Assembly (NCBI GenBank): GCA_020697715.1
Contig: JAEHCO010000003.1
Coordinates: forward strand, 105,908-169,907
Direction of reading: 5' to 3'
DNA length: 64,000 nucleotides
Source of the DNA: Methanobacteriota archaeon
GTDB taxonomy: Archaea; Thermoplasmatota; Thermoplasmata; SG8-5; JAGLSY01
Shown here: one piece after another, positions 9,553-19,148 of the stretch
Layout of the letters: each line of letters opens with the position of its first letter
Position numbering within the stretch: position 1 is the stretch's first letter
The notes under the pieces: generated by a model
Told to the model about the DNA's origin: nothing
Seen by the model: the letters and a program-made list of their open reading frames with translations, nothing else
Databases searched by the model: none
Position numbers and translations under genes: made by a program

Positions 9553-12500
9553 TTACCAATCAATCGTCCATACAATGTCTGTAACCGCATAAACCCAGTA
9601 ACCTTTTCCTGGTGTCATGACATACCCTGGCCCAACTTCTTGTAGATCGTAAGCCATGCTGGTATTGCAGACCTCGACCGCCGTTACAGTTGTCCCCCAG
9701 AAGGCATTGGCCACAGTTTCAGGAGTTGTGGTTGGATATGCCACGAGGTTCCAGCCCGCATATAATTGAATATCTGTGGAAATCGGTACGCTTCCGTAAA
9801 CATCCAGTGTGCAGGCTTCTGTCGCCCTTATCCAGAATCCCATTGTGTGATCCAGATCATTCAGGTCATTGAACACGCTGGGCATGGAAGTTGAATATGT
9901 TTTCCAGTGGTCTGTAGCGTCGGTCGGATCGTAGAATTGGGCCGTGTCCCATTTGCCATCGATGGATGCCAGCACTGCCAGTATATCTGTATCCGCTTGC
10001 TCAAGTGGTAGTGAGATAAGATTCCAACCCACTTCCAGGTCTATGCCGAAGGAAGTTGGTGTGATGATGGTCAAGGCATAGTCACTTGCCTGGAATGGTG
10101 TGCCCCCATCATCATCATAGTACAGTATGACGGAGTTGTTCAGTGTGCCAGTTGCCGCGATATCTATTGAAACATTGATGTAAAGTGTACCGCTCACCCC
10201 TGGGGCGATATTACTCAATATCCACAGGTCGTCCCCAGTTCCTGGATTAAAGGGCAACATGGATGCATCTACAAATGTTACATCTGACGGATAAGCCTCA
10301 TCCAATACGCAGGTATAGGCGGTCTCATCACCAATATTCTCGTAGGTGATGGTGTACATGATGGTGTCGCCAGCATTGGCAAATGGCGGCGCGGTCTTGT
10401 TGATGGTCATCAGAGGGCCAATTTGATCCACTATTGTGATCGCCATGTCAATAACAGGCGGCAATGCCATTCCAATAGAGTTCTCATAGTCCAATGTCAC
10501 TATGTTGGTAAGAGGACCAATAGCACCTGCATTGACCGTGACATTGATGTATATCACGCCTCCAGTGCCAGGAGCGACACTTCCGATATTCCAGACATTA
10601 TCTCCTGCGCCTGGATTATCTGGAATCGGATTCGCATCAAGGAACGTGACCTCGATCGGATAGGTCTCGGTTATGACCACATTGTAAGCGGTGTCTGTCC
10701 CAACATTCTGATATGTGATCGTATACATGATGGTCTCGCCCGGAATAGCTGATACGGGCGCGGTCTTGGTCAATGCCATATATGGGCCAATGATCAGAGT
10801 ATCTGCCTCATCCCAATCCTGGCCACCATCATGCACGATGGTGACATTGTTTGTCAGGATAGTACCTAGTGGTACATCATTATCGATCTGAACAGTAATC
10901 ATTATCGTACCACTGGCTCCAGGAGCTATTGCTCCAATCATCCAAACATTGTTTCCCACATCTGGCATAGGAACAGAACTTACATAGCTGATACCAACTG
11001 GGAATGTATCGGTTATGACCGAATTATATGCCCAGTCAGTTCCAATGTTTTCATAGGTGATTGTATAAGTGATCATCTCGCCAGGATTCGCTGTTGCTGG
11101 CGCGGTCTTGTCTATGGTCATGATCGGCTCTAATGGGACACCCTCTCCCACGTCTATCGTGACATTATCCCAATCATCCAGATAGCCCGGGATGGTGTTC
11201 CATCTATCCAGGTAGAAGGCGCCCCATGGTGTTAGGTAATTATCATAGCTGCCTTCCATGATGTTCACCCACTGGGTGCCGGCCGTGTTCAATGTCACGG
11301 TCGCCGTGTAGGTTCCGTCATTAGCTGCACCACCCAGGCCGTCGAAGCTCATTGGATGTGAGGTATCATTGACGAACCCAGCATCACCTGAATGGAAGTT
11401 CATTAGGCCATCAGTATGCGTGAAATAACCCTGGGCCAGCATGCCATCCCGATCTAGCACATCATAGGTGAGCGGGAATGGTGTTCCCGCTGTCACATTG
11501 GCTGGCGGTAAATTGTATCTCACCTCATACGGAACACCGCTGATAATGTCCTGGCGGTGCGGTCCATTTGCCACATTGTAGACCGTGGCATTGTAACCAT
11601 TGTTCATCCAGCCAGCAGATGAGCTATTGGCCAATATGTCTCCTCCATCCGTGTAATTGAACACATCTATGGAGAATTGGGCAAAGGTATTCGACATCTC
11701 GCTTAAATTAATGTATGACATTGTGTAGGGATCGAACCATTCTATATTCACCTGTGAACCGGGATCCAGTCTTCCACTTGTATCCTGCATGAAATTGTAT
11801 TCCAGATTGCCTCCAGCGCCATTGTAATATGTGGTATAACCGTACACGACATAAGGATCGCATGGGCAGACGCAACCGGGGAAGTTGATGGTTCTTTCTG
11901 CCCCGGTAACAGCATTGCCATTACTGTCTTCCAGCCGGTATTGGTAGTCTATGAACCCTGCAACTCCGCCTGGTGCACTGACCTCGAAGCTGAAATCCGC
12001 TCCATAGCTTCCATTCCATGTTCCGTCAAGATCCATCGGGGTCCAGGGTCCATATGGACCTCCATTCTCACTTATGCAGTAATCGGCAACTGTGTAGTCA
12101 GTGAAATCATGATAATCTACCTTTATCGTTATGTCCATTGATGTGTCAAAGCTCATTCCATCTGCAGGTGATGTCACATCATAACCATGAATGGGGTCCG
12201 TGGTGTCATCAATTGTGTAGGTATAAGAGTCTGGAGTGATATCCAATATGCCTGTGGATGACCGTGCTTCAATAGTATAGTCTCCCAATGCCAGCCCATG
12301 TAGGTCAAGGGTGGCTGTGAATGTCGTGACAGCACCTATTGGAGTTGAAGGTGTCATGGGAATCCAGGCCCCTCCATCGATCCGGTAATCAGCTGATATG
12401 ACATCCGCACTATCTCCGCCTGTGCTATCGCCCGTGACCGTCAATACAGCATCGTCTGGCAGTGTGCCCTGATATGGGTCCGGCGATATGGAATCTATCG

Positions 12501-15500
12501 TGGTCTCTGGTTGGGTCATACCTCCTGTGGAGAAGGACCATGGATTAGGAACTGGGCCTGCAATAATTGGTATGCCGGCCATGTCCTCGCCCGATAGTAC
12601 TGTGACAGTGTAAACAGTGCTTGGAGCGAAGTCATTGAAGGTGATCATTAGGAGCGTGTCATTTGCAAACCAGGACATGCTCATTCCGCCAGGATCTGGC
12701 ATGATGGTCACCACGACAGTCCCGGTGTCCATTGCCTCAGGGAATTCTATGTATATGTCTTGGAAAATACTTGCTCCAACATAGCCATCTCCGGGAATTG
12801 TAGAGACAATATAAGGAGGTGCATCCATCGTGGTATCAAAGTCAAAGTACATATCACCAATCAATGGGTTTCCGGCCAGATCCTGATAGCCCGCTCCTGA
12901 AATATCTAGATAATAGATCGCATCTATAGCCAAAGCTCCATAGAATATTTGTATAGTGTCTGCGGTTACCCAGGATAGGAAAGTTCCAGGTAAGTTTGTG
13001 GTATAAGTGGAAATAGCATTGTTCATAGGTTCACTGAATACTATTGTATAGGTTCCTGGTGCAGCAGGGACACCAGTCGCCCCGTCTGCTGGAGTGACCG
13101 AGACAATATAAGGAGCTGTGGTATCTATCACATATGGGCCGAACTCGATATCTCCAGGTCCGACTGGTACTGGTTCAATACCTGTATCCGTTGCAGTGAA
13201 GTAGTAGGTTCCATCCGCTATCGCAGAAGCAGCAGTCCAGGTCCCATCTGGACTGGCATCTGTACCCCAAAGTACCCAATTGACTCCACCATCATCAGAG
13301 TACCAGAAATCAACAGTCAATGCCAGTCCTTCGTCATAGGTTATTATTGGTGTATTGTCATTAGATGGTGAAGGTGGCTGGACATCGATGATCTCAGCCT
13401 CATGTGAGTGTGTATGGGAGGCTTGCCAGCTCTGCCACATATACCCGTTGTCAATGAAGGTGGATATCTGGTCCGCAGCAGCGTATGTACCGTCACCCTG
13501 CGGTGTCGAGCCCAATTTTCCACAGTACATATCTTGAGCTGGGTTATTAAGGAGAGATCCCTGCATCCACATCTTGTAATTGGTCCCATCGCCGCCTGGC
13601 TCTCCTATCTGCATGGTTATTCGGTAGTAGGCTTGATCCATATGGGAATCATCCAGAGGTGAGTATCCATTTACCCCTGTCTCATCATATATCTCTGGCA
13701 GCGCAGGGCCATAATCTGGATAATACAATCCATCGAAATTCTCATCACAAGAGAGTATGAGATTGGTAGTTGCATCAGTCTCCCCCGACAATATTGTGCC
13801 AGTATCATCAGTGATATAGCCCTCAAGCAAATATGGGGCAGGGCTCCAAGCTAGAGGATCAAAGCCTCCACCATCATTGAACAATTGATCTACTGGCTTA
13901 GGTTTAGCTCGATTGGTATTCACATCATCCCCGCTTATCCAGGTGTATGTCGATGATGAATTGAAATAGACCATCCAGCCCTCTCCACTTGGGCTCAATG
14001 GTTCAGGGTCGAAAAAGTCTGGTGTTATCAGGGATCGGCCCGTGAAGCTGTGACCTGTGAATATCGTACTCAGATCTGGCATGCGCCATTGGCTGTCCTT
14101 GTCAACCAGCATCCAGTCGCTCAGCTGGTTTCCGTAAGTGTCATTCGAGTTCTTGAATACCTCGAATGGTGTGCTGATAGCTTCATAGCCAGCTGGTAGA
14201 TCCCTTGTGTACTTGCTGACTGAATAAGAGCTGTTCCCAAGCTCCAGCAGGATATTCTCCGCGGCTACAATGTAATACTTCGCACCGAGGGTGATATTTG
14301 CGTTTACATCTGTGTAAAATGTATTGGTTCCAGAATATACTGGAGCACCGAAATCAAAGGTGTCCAGGCTCCTGCTTGTGGAAGTGAATAACTTATACTG
14401 ACTTGCTCCCGCAACTGGATCCCAATCCAGGTAAAGGTCATTCCCGCTCCATTGGATGTTGAAATTATCCGGCGCTGGCAATATCAGCGACTCGCTCTCG
14501 GTCATGCGTATCTGCTCTGCTGGCCATCCATACCATGTATAGGTTGTAGAGGCAGACAAATAGACCATGAAGCCGTCCTCGAGATAATCTATATCACCAG
14601 ATGGTATGAAGGGGGGTGTGGTCGGCATTCGTCCTAGCCAGCCAGTGCCGGGAGTGTATGTAAAAGCAGATTCGATGTTTGGGACTTTCCTGACAGATCC
14701 CAGGTTGGTTAATATCCAATCAGACAGCACATTTCCCCAGCTATCCACATCTTCAGGGAATGGCTGAAGCGGACAGCCAAGTATCGAATAACCAGCAGGC
14801 AACTGTATGGTTTGCTTGCCAACTGTCGCACTGGAAGTTCCTTCCTCCCCTACATCGACCGATCTAAGACAGTAGTAATATTCGGGCGAGCCAGCTATCG
14901 CTCCCACATCCGTGTAGCTCATTGTTCCCTGAGGCACATTTGCGATCGGAGTTGAGAAGTCAATTGCATCCGCATATTCTCCTCTGTAGATATTGTAGCT
15001 GTCTGCCCCGACAGTATCAGTCCATGTGATAGTGATGTCTGCATCAATAGTCTGATCAATAGGAGAGACCCTCACATTCGTTGGTGCGGGGATCAAGCCA
15101 GAGGGCTTCTCATCTGTTCCAGTATCTGTGAAAATTGTATCATCCGGCGTGAATCCATACTCTGAATCGAATTCGATCGTGCATGGATTACCCACCCATA
15201 TCCAGTATCCCCAGGCAAATTGGGTATTGACAACCCAGTTCTTGCTAGCCATTCCAGGGAAGTACATGGTATTCACATATGATTCGAATAACTGGGTGTC
15301 CTGGTTCCACTTGCTCACGATTATCTCGTTCTGGGTCACACCAGTCTGTAGATTTAGGTCAATAGATCCATCTGTGAAGTCATTGGCCGACAGCTCGGAA
15401 TTCCAGCCACCTGGGAAAGGCCCAAAGGTGTCATTGTGCGGGAACCCGATGAAATTCCATTCTCCAGTGACCAGGCTGACCTCTTTATCTGCCGGGTCTG

Positions 15501-17466
15501 CTATTTCCAGAGCCTCGACGGTCACGATACCCCCTACTGGAGAGTATATCCTGTAGCCATGGACGAAGTCCGTCGGCAGGTCATTGCTAGCCCCTTCTAT
15601 TGTGCCATAATCAAAGCCCGTATAAGCACTGGGATTTCCACCACTTCTCATGCCTATCTGATAGGCCGCTGGCCCCAGATCTGCCGCGATCTCTCTCAAG
15701 ACATCAAAGGCTCCGAATACTCCATCGCCTCCCTTGTCTATGGGGTCCATGGGAATGCTGATATCATTGATGCCAGGCACTAGATTCCATTGGAAAGAAC
15801 TGCTTCCAGCCACCACTATCATGGCGGTTTCCCAATCGTCCTTGTATCCGGGGGTTGTTCCGCCATCTTGTAGGTAGAAATCACCCCAAGGTGTGAGGTG
15901 GTCTGGACCATCTGGAGTTGGCATATCCCCGCCTTCAGAAATTGTAACAGAATGCATACCTCCAGATAATAAGGTCACTGCCGCGGTGTATGTTCCATCA
16001 GTCACCGCGCCATCAAGACCATCGAAGGTAATTGGATGTGCCATGTCATTGGTCCACAGAAGATCAGTGCACTCGAAATCGAAAGGTCCATCAGCCGCAT
16101 ATGTGAAATAACCCTCTGCCAGATCTCCATCCCTGTCCAGTATCTCGTAGGTCAGGGGAAATGGGGCTCCAGAAGCCACTGCGCCAGGTGGTAGAACATA
16201 AGCCACCTCATAAGGCACGCCGAACATCACGTCCTGCCTTATCCCGCCAGGACTTCCAATGACATCTATCGTGGTGTAATTGTATCCGTTGTTGCCCCAG
16301 CCATCTGAAACTCCGTTCACCTTGACGATTCCTCCGTCTGCGTAATCACGGATGTCAACTGCGAACTGGGCAGTAACTGGGTTTGAAGTGGTGGATATGG
16401 TATTATAGCTTCTAGAAGAGGCATTCCACCAAGTAATGTCAACTTGCGAGCCAGGGTCCAGTCTTCCATAGGCCTGCTCGGCTGGATTCCATTCCATCGC
16501 GCCTGCTTGGCCATTATAGTAAGTGGTGTAGCCGTAGATCGTGTATGGGTCTGGTATTACAGTGTCAAGCACCCAGGGGCCGAAATCCGGTGTGCTTGGA
16601 ACTCCAAATGGGTCCCCGGCGAAATAATAAGTGCCATCTGCAAGTGGGGGTGATGTGAAGACCTCGTCCATGTCTGAGTCAGTACCCAGGAAGTTCCAAG
16701 TGGAACCAGCATTATCTGAATAATATATGTCCCATGAGCAAGTGCAGGTATCTATGTAGATAGTGGGAGTATTATTAATTGAGGGGGTGGCTGGCTGGAC
16801 ATCTATGACATTAAAGTAATGCATTCCTGCCGCTGGTATCTGGAAATCCTGCATAAGTGAACCACCTGAGCTCGGGAAGGTAAATATCTGGTCTGCGGGG
16901 AGGTATGTTCCATCACCTTGAGGAACAGCTCCAGGTACTCCGCAGTACCCATCCATAGATGGTGTGTTGAGCTTGGAACCTTCGATCCAGATCTTGTATT
17001 CCATGTCATAGCCGCCTGGCTGACCAGCAGCCATTGCAAGCTGAACATATCCACCAGGTGGACCGAATTCCACGAAAGCATCGTTTAATGCTGCATTTCC
17101 ACCAACTCCATTCTCATCATAACTGTTTGGTGTAATTGGCTCGACAGGATAGTAAATGCCATTTCCATCCTCATTCACACTCAATACTATGTTCACAGTG
17201 GCATCGAATTCGACATTATTGGCAATGCTTGTGCCATCTGAATTCAATATATATCCGCTAAATGAAAACACCGCAGGCCAAACATCAGCCTCGTCCACGA
17301 CATTCTTGCTGATGACGACAGATGGCATTACCATCAAAATTAGTATTATAATTGACAACACTGGGCTCAAATAATTCTTCTTTGCAAATCTGTTCAAACT
17401 CTCCTCTCCATAGTATATTGTTAATGGGGTTGGTAGTTTAAATAGCTTATGCACACGCGTGCACAA
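9553..17466 (-). CDS. Giant surface protein (2637 aa) with DUF11 repeats, FN3-like and Ig-like domains and a large internal module duplication
   Basis: The annotated first codon is TTG. A more plausible start is the TTG at about 17397, giving MNRFAKKNYLSPVLSIIILILMVMPSVVIS as a signal peptide. Three tandem DUF11-type repeats (TKTAP...ITYTITYENIG) are present. FN3-like segments include ITITWTDTVGADSYNIYRG and WDPVAGASQYKLF. A module of about 460 aa is duplicated: PYTIYGYTTYYNGQAG... versus PYVVYGYTTYYNGAGG... Confidence 0.8.
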   Translation of the reverse strand: MCTRVHKLFKLPTPLTIYYGEESLNRFAKKNYLSPVLSIIILILMVMPSVVISKNVVDEADVWPAVFSFSGYILNSDGTSIANNVEFDATVNIVLSVNEDGNGIYYPVEPITPNSYDENGVGGNAALNDAFVEFGPPGGYVQLAMAAGQPGGYDMEYKIWIEGSKLNTPSMDGYCGVPGAVPQGDGTYLPADQIFTFPSSGGSLMQDFQIPAAGMHYFNVIDVQPATPSINNTPTIYIDTCTCSWDIYYSDNAGSTWNFLGTDSDMDEVFTSPPLADGTYYFAGDPFGVPSTPDFGPWVLDTVIPDPYTIYGYTTYYNGQAGAMEWNPAEQAYGRLDPGSQVDITWWNASSRSYNTISTTSNPVTAQFAVDIRDYADGGIVKVNGVSDGWGNNGYNYTTIDVIGSPGGIRQDVMFGVPYEVAYVLPPGAVASGAPFPLTYEILDRDGDLAEGYFTYAADGPFDFECTDLLWTNDMAHPITFDGLDGAVTDGTYTAAVTLLSGGMHSVTISEGGDMPTPDGPDHLTPWGDFYLQDGGTTPGYKDDWETAMIVVAGSSSFQWNLVPGINDISIPMDPIDKGGDGVFGAFDVLREIAADLGPAAYQIGMRSGGNPSAYTGFDYGTIEGASNDLPTDFVHGYRIYSPVGGIVTVEALEIADPADKEVSLVTGEWNFIGFPHNDTFGPFPGGWNSELSANDFTDGSIDLNLQTGVTQNEIIVSKWNQDTQLFESYVNTMYFPGMASKNWVVNTQFAWGYWIWVGNPCTIEFDSEYGFTPDDTIFTDTGTDEKPSGLIPAPTNVRVSPIDQTIDADITITWTDTVGADSYNIYRGEYADAIDFSTPIANVPQGTMSYTDVGAIAGSPEYYYCLRSVDVGEEGTSSATVGKQTIQLPAGYSILGCPLQPFPEDVDSWGNVLSDWILTNLGSVRKVPNIESAFTYTPGTGWLGRMPTTPPFIPSGDIDYLEDGFMVYLSASTTYTWYGWPAEQIRMTESESLILPAPDNFNIQWSGNDLYLDWDPVAGASQYKLFTSTSRSLDTFDFGAPVYSGTNTFYTDVNANITLGAKYYIVAAENILLELGNSSYSVSKYTRDLPAGYEAISTPFEVFKNSNDTYGNQLSDWMLVDKDSQWRMPDLSTIFTGHSFTGRSLITPDFFDPEPLSPSGEGWMVYFNSSSTYTWISGDDVNTNRAKPKPVDQLFNDGGGFDPLAWSPAPYLLEGYITDDTGTILSGETDATTNLILSCDENFDGLYYPDYGPALPEIYDETGVNGYSPLDDSHMDQAYYRITMQIGEPGGDGTNYKMWMQGSLLNNPAQDMYCGKLGSTPQGDGTYAAADQISTFIDNGYMWQSWQASHTHSHEAEIIDVQPPSPSNDNTPIITYDEGLALTVDFWYSDDGGVNWVLWGTDASPDGTWTAASAIADGTYYFTATDTGIEPVPVGPGDIEFGPYVIDTTAPYIVSVTPADGATGVPAAPGTYTIVFSEPMNNAISTYTTNLPGTFLSWVTADTIQIFYGALAIDAIYYLDISGAGYQDLAGNPLIGDMYFDFDTTMDAPPYIVSTIPGDGYVGASIFQDIYIEFPEAMDTGTVVVTIMPDPGGMSMSWFANDTLLMITFNDFAPSTVYTVTVLSGEDMAGIPIIAGPVPNPWSFSTGGMTQPETTIDSISPDPYQGTLPDDAVLTVTGDSTGGDSADVISADYRIDGGAWIPMTPSTPIGAVTTFTATLDLHGLALGDYTIEARSSTGILDITPDSYTYTIDDTTDPIHGYDVTSPADGMSFDTSMDITIKVDYHDFTDYTVADYCISENGGPYGPWTPMDLDGTWNGSYGADFSFEVSAPGGVAGFIDYQYRLEDSNGNAVTGAERTINFPGCVCPCDPYVVYGYTTYYNGAGGNLEYNFMQDTSGRLDPGSQVNIEWFDPYTMSYINLSEMSNTFAQFSIDVFNYTDGGDILANSSSAGWMNNGYNATVYNVANGPHRQDIISGVPYEVRYNLPPANVTAGTPFPLTYDVLDRDGMLAQGYFTHTDGLMNFHSGDAGFVNDTSHPMSFDGLGGAANDGTYTATVTLNTAGTQWVNIMEGSYDNYLTPWGAFYLDRWNTIPGYLDDWDNVTIDVGEGVPLEPIMTIDKTAPATANPGEMITYTITYENIGTDWAYNSVITDTFPVGISYVSSVPMPDVGNNVWMIGAIAPGASGTIMITVQIDNDVPLGTILTNNVTIVHDGGQDWDEADTLIIGPYMALTKTAPVSAIPGETIMYTITYQNVGTDTAYNVVITETYPIEVTFLDANPIPDNPGAGDNVWNIGSVAPGTGGVIYINVTVNAGAIGPLTNIVTLDYENSIGMALPPVIDMAITIVDQIGPLMTINKTAPPFANAGDTIMYTITYENIGDETAYTCVLDEAYPSDVTFVDASMLPFNPGTGDDLWILSNIAPGVSGTLYINVSIDIAATGTLNNSVILYYDDDGGTPFQASDYALTIITPTSFGIDLEVGWNLISLPLEQADTDILAVLASIDGKWDTAQFYDPTDATDHWKTYSTSMPSVFNDLNDLDHTMGFWIRATEACTLDVYGSVPISTDIQLYAGWNLVAYPTTTPETVANAFWGTTVTAVEVCNTSMAYDLQEVGPGYVMTPGKGYWVYAVTDIVWTIDW

Positions 17467-17508
17467 TTGTTAATAATATGCTTTATCTACTAATTTTAAC
17501 TAGGATCA

Positions 17509-18543
17509 TCATACTTTATATCGGAGCAAGGCCCCCACATCTCCAATGGATTCCAGCTTCCTGCCAGCATCATGCAAGGTGCTTATCACCACCACCTTGC
17601 TCTTGCTCTCTTCTGTCTTATTGAGGAGCTTTTCATATTTCCTGCTCCTCATCGCTTTGTCGGTTATCAGGACAGTTTCAACCGCTCCCGCATCCAGGCA
17701 GTTCCCTACGTCCGCCACTCCATAGGCGAAGGCTCCGTCTTTGGCGATCTCGGCCATCAGATCCTCTATCAACTTGGTCTCGACAGCCACCCTGGATTCC
17801 TTCAGGACTTCAGACCCAATGCCTTTTTTCATCACCTCCTGCACAGCGGCCATGCCCGACTGGCCGGTGGAAAGCACATGAAGGCCTTTGGCGATCGGCC
17901 TTTTCTTATCCCGGATGTAATTTGAGAAGTTCTCTTTCTCAAAACCTGGGCCGAGGACGATGCACACCCCTTCACCAGCAATGGATTCGAGCTTGGCCAG
18001 AACCTCTGGATAAAATTCATTTTTGCCTGGTTTCTTGGTCGTGTACTGCTTGCCAGAAGCATTCGATCGTATCTTCGCGACCTCTTTAATTCCATACTCG
18101 CGAAGTTGGACCAGCACCGCTTCTTCCTCATCGATCGCGACAAAGGTTATGAGTGGGCGCTCGACAGCCTTTTCAGCATCGAAGAGCCTGTCCATCAGCT
18201 CCCTTCGCCAGACCTTGATAACCGAAAGATCCTCGCCAACAGAAAGATTGAATGTGTGATAGGAGCCGATGTCCTGCGGCCCCTCCTCTATCACGCCGTG
18301 TATCCTGAGCCAGTCTGTGAATTCATGGAACTCCACACTCTCAACGCGGATGCCGAGGCGCATCTTTCTTTTCTCGCCTCGCTCGGCTCTGAGCTTATCA
18401 TCCTTGGATTCCTCCCTGCGAGTTGTGAGAGCGAAGGCTAGATCATCCTTTTCGACAATATTGTACAGTTGCCAGAGGTCGTCCTCGGTCTGTATGAGGA
18501 TTTTTATCTCACCGCTCTTAGGGTCTTTCTTGAGGATCTTCAC
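17509..18543 (-). CDS. pelA: Pelota/Dom34 mRNA surveillance factor
   Basis: 344 aa with eRF1-like three-domain composition. Typical archaeal Pelota N-terminus MKILKKDPKSGEIKI. Confidence 0.8.
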   Translation of the reverse strand: MKILKKDPKSGEIKILIQTEDDLWQLYNIVEKDDLAFALTTRREESKDDKLRAERGEKRKMRLGIRVESVEFHEFTDWLRIHGVIEEGPQDIGSYHTFNLSVGEDLSVIKVWRRELMDRLFDAEKAVERPLITFVAIDEEEAVLVQLREYGIKEVAKIRSNASGKQYTTKKPGKNEFYPEVLAKLESIAGEGVCIVLGPGFEKENFSNYIRDKKRPIAKGLHVLSTGQSGMAAVQEVMKKGIGSEVLKESRVAVETKLIEDLMAEIAKDGAFAYGVADVGNCLDAGAVETVLITDKAMRSRKYEKLLNKTEESKSKVVVISTLHDAGRKLESIGDVGALLRYKV

Positions 18544-19148
18544 GTATATTCCTTCTGAACCAAGATTGAGGGTTGTGTATATGAATTATACGTAAGACGG
18601 TTTTCACATACTGGCCCAATGTACGACATAATAATCTGCCGTAACCTCATCATTATAATTCTACTGAACTCGAAGCTGAATAAAGCTTCGATAGCCGAGG
18701 TTATGGCCCATGTATGATGACATACTGGACTTCTGTCCAGATTGTTATCAGATCTGTACTATCCCGTAGATCGTGAAGGCAGCCAGCGAGAATGAAACAA
18801 AACCCCATTTCATTGCCGCGAACCTCTGCCTTTCATCCATCCCATATATAATGCTTAGACTTTCGTCCATAGATATCCCATCCAAGCAGGTATATATAAA
18901 TAAATATATAAAAGTCTTTCGTAATATAAATTAAGCAATTAGCCATTGAACAAAATTATATTAAATAATAATATTGATATATATTTGTTTATCACGCTGT
19001 TTTTCACCATGTTTATTTTGTATATCGTGATGATCGGAAATAACACTATCGCATGATATAGAAAATATAAAAACATTATATATCCAAAAAAGAATGCAAG
19101 TCGGGATTCGATATCGAATTCAGATCGGAATTAAAAAGGGGTTTTCAG

